A stretch of DNA of 20,000 bases from an uncultured virus (IMG/VR IMGVR_UViG_3300025326_000019) (Duplodnaviria > Heunggongvirae > Uroviricota > Caudoviricetes): the IMG/VR virus record IMGVR_UViG_3300025326_000019. One strand, 5' to 3'. This document shows, piece by piece, positions 16,056 to 20,000 of the stretch. The position numbers were made by a program, and so were the translations under genes. The number at the start of each line of letters is the position of its first letter. Position 1 is the first letter of the stretch. The notes beneath the pieces are model-generated. The model did no database searches. It saw only the letters and a program-made list of their open reading frames with translations, and was not told the DNA's origin.

Positions 16056-16459
16056 GCGGATTCGTACCGAAGGATTCTGGTCGCTATTCCATTGATCGCT
16101 ACTGCGATTTCTCGGCGCCTGGCGAAGTGAGTATATCGCCAGAAGTATGGTGGTTATGGTGCTTGCCGCATAACCAACGTGATACTTCTTGTGAGTCCGT
16201 TGTGTATTGTGCGGTGAAGCTGTTCTGGTGGAGAGGAGACACAGTGCGCAGATCCAGTTCTTTGGGACAACGTGCACTCGGTGCTGGGCTCATGACTAAA
16301 CGCCTTGGTATGGAAATCAAGATCAAGGATAACCACATTGGAACGGTCTTCGATGCAATATTACGGGAGTTTTGGATGACGACAGAAGAGGTTGACGAAT
16401 ATATTTGTCTCTTGCAACTGGCGCAAGGTCAGTTACGGCAGGAGAGTAAACGTGACTGA
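16040..16459 (+). CDS. Hypothetical protein; true start uncertain (16040, 16127 or 16292)
   Basis: The open frame fills the gap. The last 55 aa (MTKRLGMEIKIK...) look most gene-like. Confidence 0.35.
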   Translation: MASQLGGFVPKDSGRYSIDRYCDFSAPGEVSISPEVWWLWCLPHNQRDTSCESVVYCAVKLFWWRGDTVRRSSSLGQRALGAGLMTKRLGMEIKIKDNHIGTVFDAILREFWMTTEEVDEYICLLQLAQGQLRQESKRD

Positions 16460-16667
16460 CGTGAATTTGCCGCGAGAAAAGATCAAGTTCGGCGATCGAG
16501 TGCTCATACTCGACGGTTTCTATGCTGGCCAGCGTGGCATCGTGTGGGAAGAAACAATGTACGGTGTACAAGGAGGCATAAAGTATCGCGTACGGTTGGA
16601 CCGGGAAATTTTCCCGAATTCACAGTTAGATGTGTGGGTGCTTCCTACACATTTAGGCCACGGATGA
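16452..16667 (+). CDS. KOW/SH3-like small protein (71 aa)
   Basis: GTG at 16452 after GGAGAG. KOW motif FGDRVLILDGFYAGQRGIV...YRVRLD. Confidence 0.7.
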   Translation: MTDVNLPREKIKFGDRVLILDGFYAGQRGIVWEETMYGVQGGIKYRVRLDREIFPNSQLDVWVLPTHLGHG

Positions 16668-19147
16668 TTCTCCACCGTCTCTTGAGCGCTGGCACCATTC
16701 CATTCCCAAAGGAAATTGTTGTGGATTTCGACGCTCTACCTACGGTTATCGCGTGTCATGGGAAAAACGGTGCTGGCAAAAGTACATTTTTAGAACTCTG
16801 CGTAAGCTGCTTTTACTTGACGATGCCATTTCGGCCAGGGCCTTTGTATAAAAACTTCGCATCACGAGGGTATATTGACTTGACGTGGAGCGCAGTCCCC
16901 GGTGGTCCGCGATTCAGGTCGCGTCTCAATATTGATCCAGTAGCAGAACGTGTAGAAGCTAGTCTCTTCAACGCCGAAGGAGGTTCAGCTATTGCCGGGC
17001 CGCTTGCACGGGACTACCTAATTGAAATGCGAAAGCGAGGGATCCCACCGCTTGACGTGTTCCTCTCGACAGCTTACACGCTCCAGCCGAGTTCGACAAC
17101 GGCCAAGAACTTCTTTAGCTTTCTCCTCGCTGACCGAGCCGAGCGCCGGGAGATCTTTGCCGAGCTCCTGGGGCTCAAGCCTTACCAGATACGCGAGGCA
17201 GTGGCCAAGGACAAACTCAAGGCCCTGGATACACAGATCGTCGGGAATGCGGGCCTGATCCGGGCGCTCGAGCAAGACATTATGAAGCGTCCAGCGGCAG
17301 CCGAGAGGGTTCAGGACACCGTGGCGAGGCTAGAAGCCGCCAAAACAGCCCGCGATGACCTCAGGAGCCGCTTGGAGGGGCTCAGGATAGCCGCAGCAGA
17401 CGCCAAAGCGCGGGTAGCCGCTATCCTACCCTTCCGGGCGCAGAAAGACGCCCTGACGGCTGAGGTGGGCGTTCTGATAGCCAAACAAACGGCCATTGAG
17501 AAGACGTTGGTAGCCGCCCGCGTGGACATAGCCGCAGCGACAGAGGTCCAAGAGGTACCAGCCGAGAAGGAAGCATTGATTGCGAGGCGTGCTAGCCTAC
17601 TGCCACTTAAAACGCAGGTCGACGACTTGGACAAGGAGATCAGCGGACTTGAGATTGAGCTACTCGAGATCGCTGAAAACATCAAGCGTAACGAGTACTT
17701 ACTGGCCGAGGAAGATATCATACTTGCTTCGGTCGACAGGATGACTGCAGTACAGGCTGAAATTGCCGCTCTAGACGCAGAAATTGACCGCGAAATGGCT
17801 ACAGATTCAGCAGCTCTAAGTGCCTACCAGGATTGGCTTTCTATCAGAAATGACCTTGCGGCAAAGATGGCAGAAGAACAGCGCCTGCAGCTCCAGATCT
17901 CTACGATGGACTCAGTCCCGTGTAAGGGGGTCGACGAGTTTGCCGGCTGCAAGTTTCTTAGCCAGGCCGCGGCGGCGCAGAGCACCCTGCCAGGCGTCCA
18001 TGCGGACGTTATCGCGCTTAAGGAACAGGTGGGCGAGTTACGGACAACGCCGGTCGCTGCAGCGCCTCCGCTTAAGGCTAAGCGTGCAACTATGCTCATT
18101 GACAGGGATAATTTAGCACCGCTGGTCAGCAAGCAGGTAGACCTTGCGTCCGCACGGTCACGTGTGGACGGCTTAAGCGACCGCAAGGTCCGGGTATCTG
18201 TGACATTGGACGACAAGCGCGTGGCCCGAGATGCTCTGACAGATCAGGTCACAGTACTTCCAGTAGTTAATGCCGCGCTTCGAGCGATCGAGCCCAAGGT
18301 CATTCTGGCCGCTACCCTCGGACCAGCACGTGCGGTTGAGGCACAGGCTGTCCTGACACTTGGCGAAATAGGCCTTACGCTGGCCGACAAGCGGATTGCG
18401 GTAGATATGGTCACAGCCTATCTCGACGGGCTGACTGATGCCGAGGCTGCGGTTACACAGGCCGACACCGCCCTGTCATGGTCCAGCATAGAACTGCAGA
18501 AGGCCGAGAGTACCCTGGGCACCATCGAGCGAGAACTTGGATCAGCCCAGGCAGAACTGACTCGGCTGGAGGAGACTGCGGCACGGCTCGAGCGCCTCAG
18601 GGTGGAGATGCTGCCGCTTCAGTCTGACTTTGAAGATTGGAGTCTGATTGCACGGAGCCAGGGGCCTACCGGTATCCCTGCACTGCGCGTCGATCGCGCC
18701 ATCCCGGAAATCGGTGAGCGAGCGACAGAGTTATTACGCGAATGTCTGGGCGAGACTATTTTTACCATTTTGCTCACCACACAAAAACAGTCCGCAGATG
18801 AGAAAAAACTTCTCGAAACGCTCGACGTTATCGTCCTGCGCAATGGGAAGCCAATGGACGCCGCACTCTTATCCGGCGGTGAAGGTGTACTGGTCTCTGA
18901 GGCGCTGTCGTTATCGATCGCGCTCTACAATGCAGAACGATCAGGTGCGAGATCCTATACGTTATTCAGGGACGAGGTGGGCGCGGCCTTAGATGCTGCA
19001 CGCGCTCCCGCGTTTACACGATTGCTTGCTCGCGCCGCACGGATAGGTGGTTTTGACAAAATTTTATTTGTTTCACATAATAAGGAAAGCGTAGAACTTG
19101 CCGATGCAAGACTCGAATTTTCCAACGGTATTATAACAGTTTCATGA
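16664..19147 (+). CDS. sbcC: Rad50/SbcC-like SMC ATPase (about 827 aa)
   Basis: Likely ATG at 16664 (ATGA overlap). Walker A GKNGAGKS, long coiled coil, signature LSGGE, Walker B/D-loop LFRDEVGAALD, H-loop VSH. Confidence 0.92.
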   Translation: MILHRLLSAGTIPFPKEIVVDFDALPTVIACHGKNGAGKSTFLELCVSCFYLTMPFRPGPLYKNFASRGYIDLTWSAVPGGPRFRSRLNIDPVAERVEASLFNAEGGSAIAGPLARDYLIEMRKRGIPPLDVFLSTAYTLQPSSTTAKNFFSFLLADRAERREIFAELLGLKPYQIREAVAKDKLKALDTQIVGNAGLIRALEQDIMKRPAAAERVQDTVARLEAAKTARDDLRSRLEGLRIAAADAKARVAAILPFRAQKDALTAEVGVLIAKQTAIEKTLVAARVDIAAATEVQEVPAEKEALIARRASLLPLKTQVDDLDKEISGLEIELLEIAENIKRNEYLLAEEDIILASVDRMTAVQAEIAALDAEIDREMATDSAALSAYQDWLSIRNDLAAKMAEEQRLQLQISTMDSVPCKGVDEFAGCKFLSQAAAAQSTLPGVHADVIALKEQVGELRTTPVAAAPPLKAKRATMLIDRDNLAPLVSKQVDLASARSRVDGLSDRKVRVSVTLDDKRVARDALTDQVTVLPVVNAALRAIEPKVILAATLGPARAVEAQAVLTLGEIGLTLADKRIAVDMVTAYLDGLTDAEAAVTQADTALSWSSIELQKAESTLGTIERELGSAQAELTRLEETAARLERLRVEMLPLQSDFEDWSLIARSQGPTGIPALRVDRAIPEIGERATELLRECLGETIFTILLTTQKQSADEKKLLETLDVIVLRNGKPMDAALLSGGEGVLVSEALSLSIALYNAERSGARSYTLFRDEVGAALDAARAPAFTRLLARAARIGGFDKILFVSHNKESVELADARLEFSNGIITVS

Positions 19148-19674
19148 GCCCACGTGGCCGATCCAGAGATCAACATTGGAATTGGAAAGGCTGGCGTTAT
19201 CTTTGTAATGGGTATGTCTACATTCATCTGCCAGAGCATCCGCGAGCAACAAAAGATGGCTATGTTTTGGAGCATGTGCTCGTTGCGGAGAAAAAGGTTG
19301 GGCGTGCTATTCTTCCGCACGAAGTCGTTCACCACCGCAATAAACAACGCGCGGATAATCGGCCAGAGAATCTTGATGTGCTTACGAGACAACAACATCA
19401 GCAACATCATAACGGCCTCAATGGACGGCCAAGTCAGCGCAAGAAACGGTATTGCATTGATTGCAGTGTGAAGTTGTTATCACGTCATCTTAAAGTCATT
19501 AGATGTCGTAGTTGTTCTGCAAAACATCGCCATATAGAATTCCGTACTTGTAAATTTGATGGCTGTAAAGCTACATTTCAAGGCAGGATTTCATCGTTCT
19601 GCGAAAAACACAGAAAGCTACTATGGTGGAGAAGACGCTACGCTAAGCTAGAAGAATACTCAGGGCTCCGATGA
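19144..19674 (+). CDS. HNH endonuclease (putative free-standing homing endonuclease) with C-terminal Cys clusters (176 aa)
   Basis: HWNWKG, GYVLEHVLVAE, EVVHHRNKQRADNRPENL...H...H, then CIDC, CRSC and C....C...CEKH. The DNA is visibly AT-richer than its neighbours. Confidence 0.85.
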   Translation: MSPRGRSRDQHWNWKGWRYLCNGYVYIHLPEHPRATKDGYVLEHVLVAEKKVGRAILPHEVVHHRNKQRADNRPENLDVLTRQQHQQHHNGLNGRPSQRKKRYCIDCSVKLLSRHLKVIRCRSCSAKHRHIEFRTCKFDGCKATFQGRISSFCEKHRKLLWWRRRYAKLEEYSGLR

Positions 19675-20000
19675 CCGTAACTGACTGGCTCAATATGTCA
19701 TTTGGCGAACCTACACCAGCCGTCTTCATCGGCAAGGGTAAACGAGCCAAAATAGTCACGCCCGAGATTTCAGCGCCACTTATCAAGGATCGCCTGGCAG
19801 AATTGGTATATCGGAATGGCGGCCAGTTCAAAGTCAGCGGCTGGGGCATGAAGCAATCCGGTATCGGTATCTATGACTCCATGGGCCTTGACGTCTCTGA
19901 GGCGTTTGATCTCGTATATTTTTACGGCATGATAACAGGCTTCGGTCTCGCTGGACCGGGACGGCAACACGTGGAAACGCAAGTGCGGGATGTGCTCAAG
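19671..20000 (+). CDS. Hypothetical protein, 3' truncated by window edge; not in ORF track
   Basis: ATG at 19671 (ATGA overlap), open for 110 codons to the window end: MTVTDWLNMSFGEPTPAVFIGKGKRAK... Confidence 0.65.
   Translation, partial: MTVTDWLNMSFGEPTPAVFIGKGKRAKIVTPEISAPLIKDRLAELVYRNGGQFKVSGWGMKQSGIGIYDSMGLDVSEAFDLVYFYGMITGFGLAGPGRQHVETQVRDVLK

Noticed and set aside
16053..16130. Stop-codon reassignment (TAG read-through would extend the 15852 ORF to a GTGA overlap at 16127-16130)
   Set aside because: The other TAG stops (2321, 9473, 12498) fall at natural gene ends just before the next gene, and long genes are uninterrupted under the standard code.
1..20000. Minus-strand ORFs from the ORF track (e.g. 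1014-1589, 4664-5353, 11505-12155, 18955-19410)
   Set aside because: They are shadows of well-supported plus-strand genes and carry no recognisable motifs.

Overview
The window reads as a 20-kb segment of a tailed dsDNA phage or prophage (siphovirus-like). All credible genes are on the + strand, densely packed, often with ATGA/GTGA overlaps. Positions 1-9832 are the end of the tail module: tape-measure C-terminus, putative distal-tail and virion proteins, a 1229-aa mosaic tail-tip/hub protein, an Asp-box beta-propeller protein, and FN3 and fibre-like proteins. A near-consensus sigma70 promoter (TTGACA-17-TACGAT, 9829-9857) then opens an early/replication-recombination module. That module contains an unannotated, probably leaderless 41-aa zinc-ribbon gene, a YegP/DUF1508-like gene, a 15 x 21-nt variable heptad-repeat gene and a ~120-nt structured intergenic element ending in a T-tract. 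These are followed by an SSB-like protein, a RusA-like protein, DUF5131 (Gp37/Gp68), Mre11/SbcD, Rad50/SbcC, an HNH endonuclease and many Cys-rich microproteins. The most unusual part is the 9829-10827 cassette: promoter, zinc ribbon, YegP-like gene, combinatorial repeat protein and a candidate kissing-loop RNA/attenuator. No integrase, lysis cassette, reverse transcriptase, tRNA or CRISPR array was recognised. All family calls come from motif recognition by eye; no database search or folding program was run.
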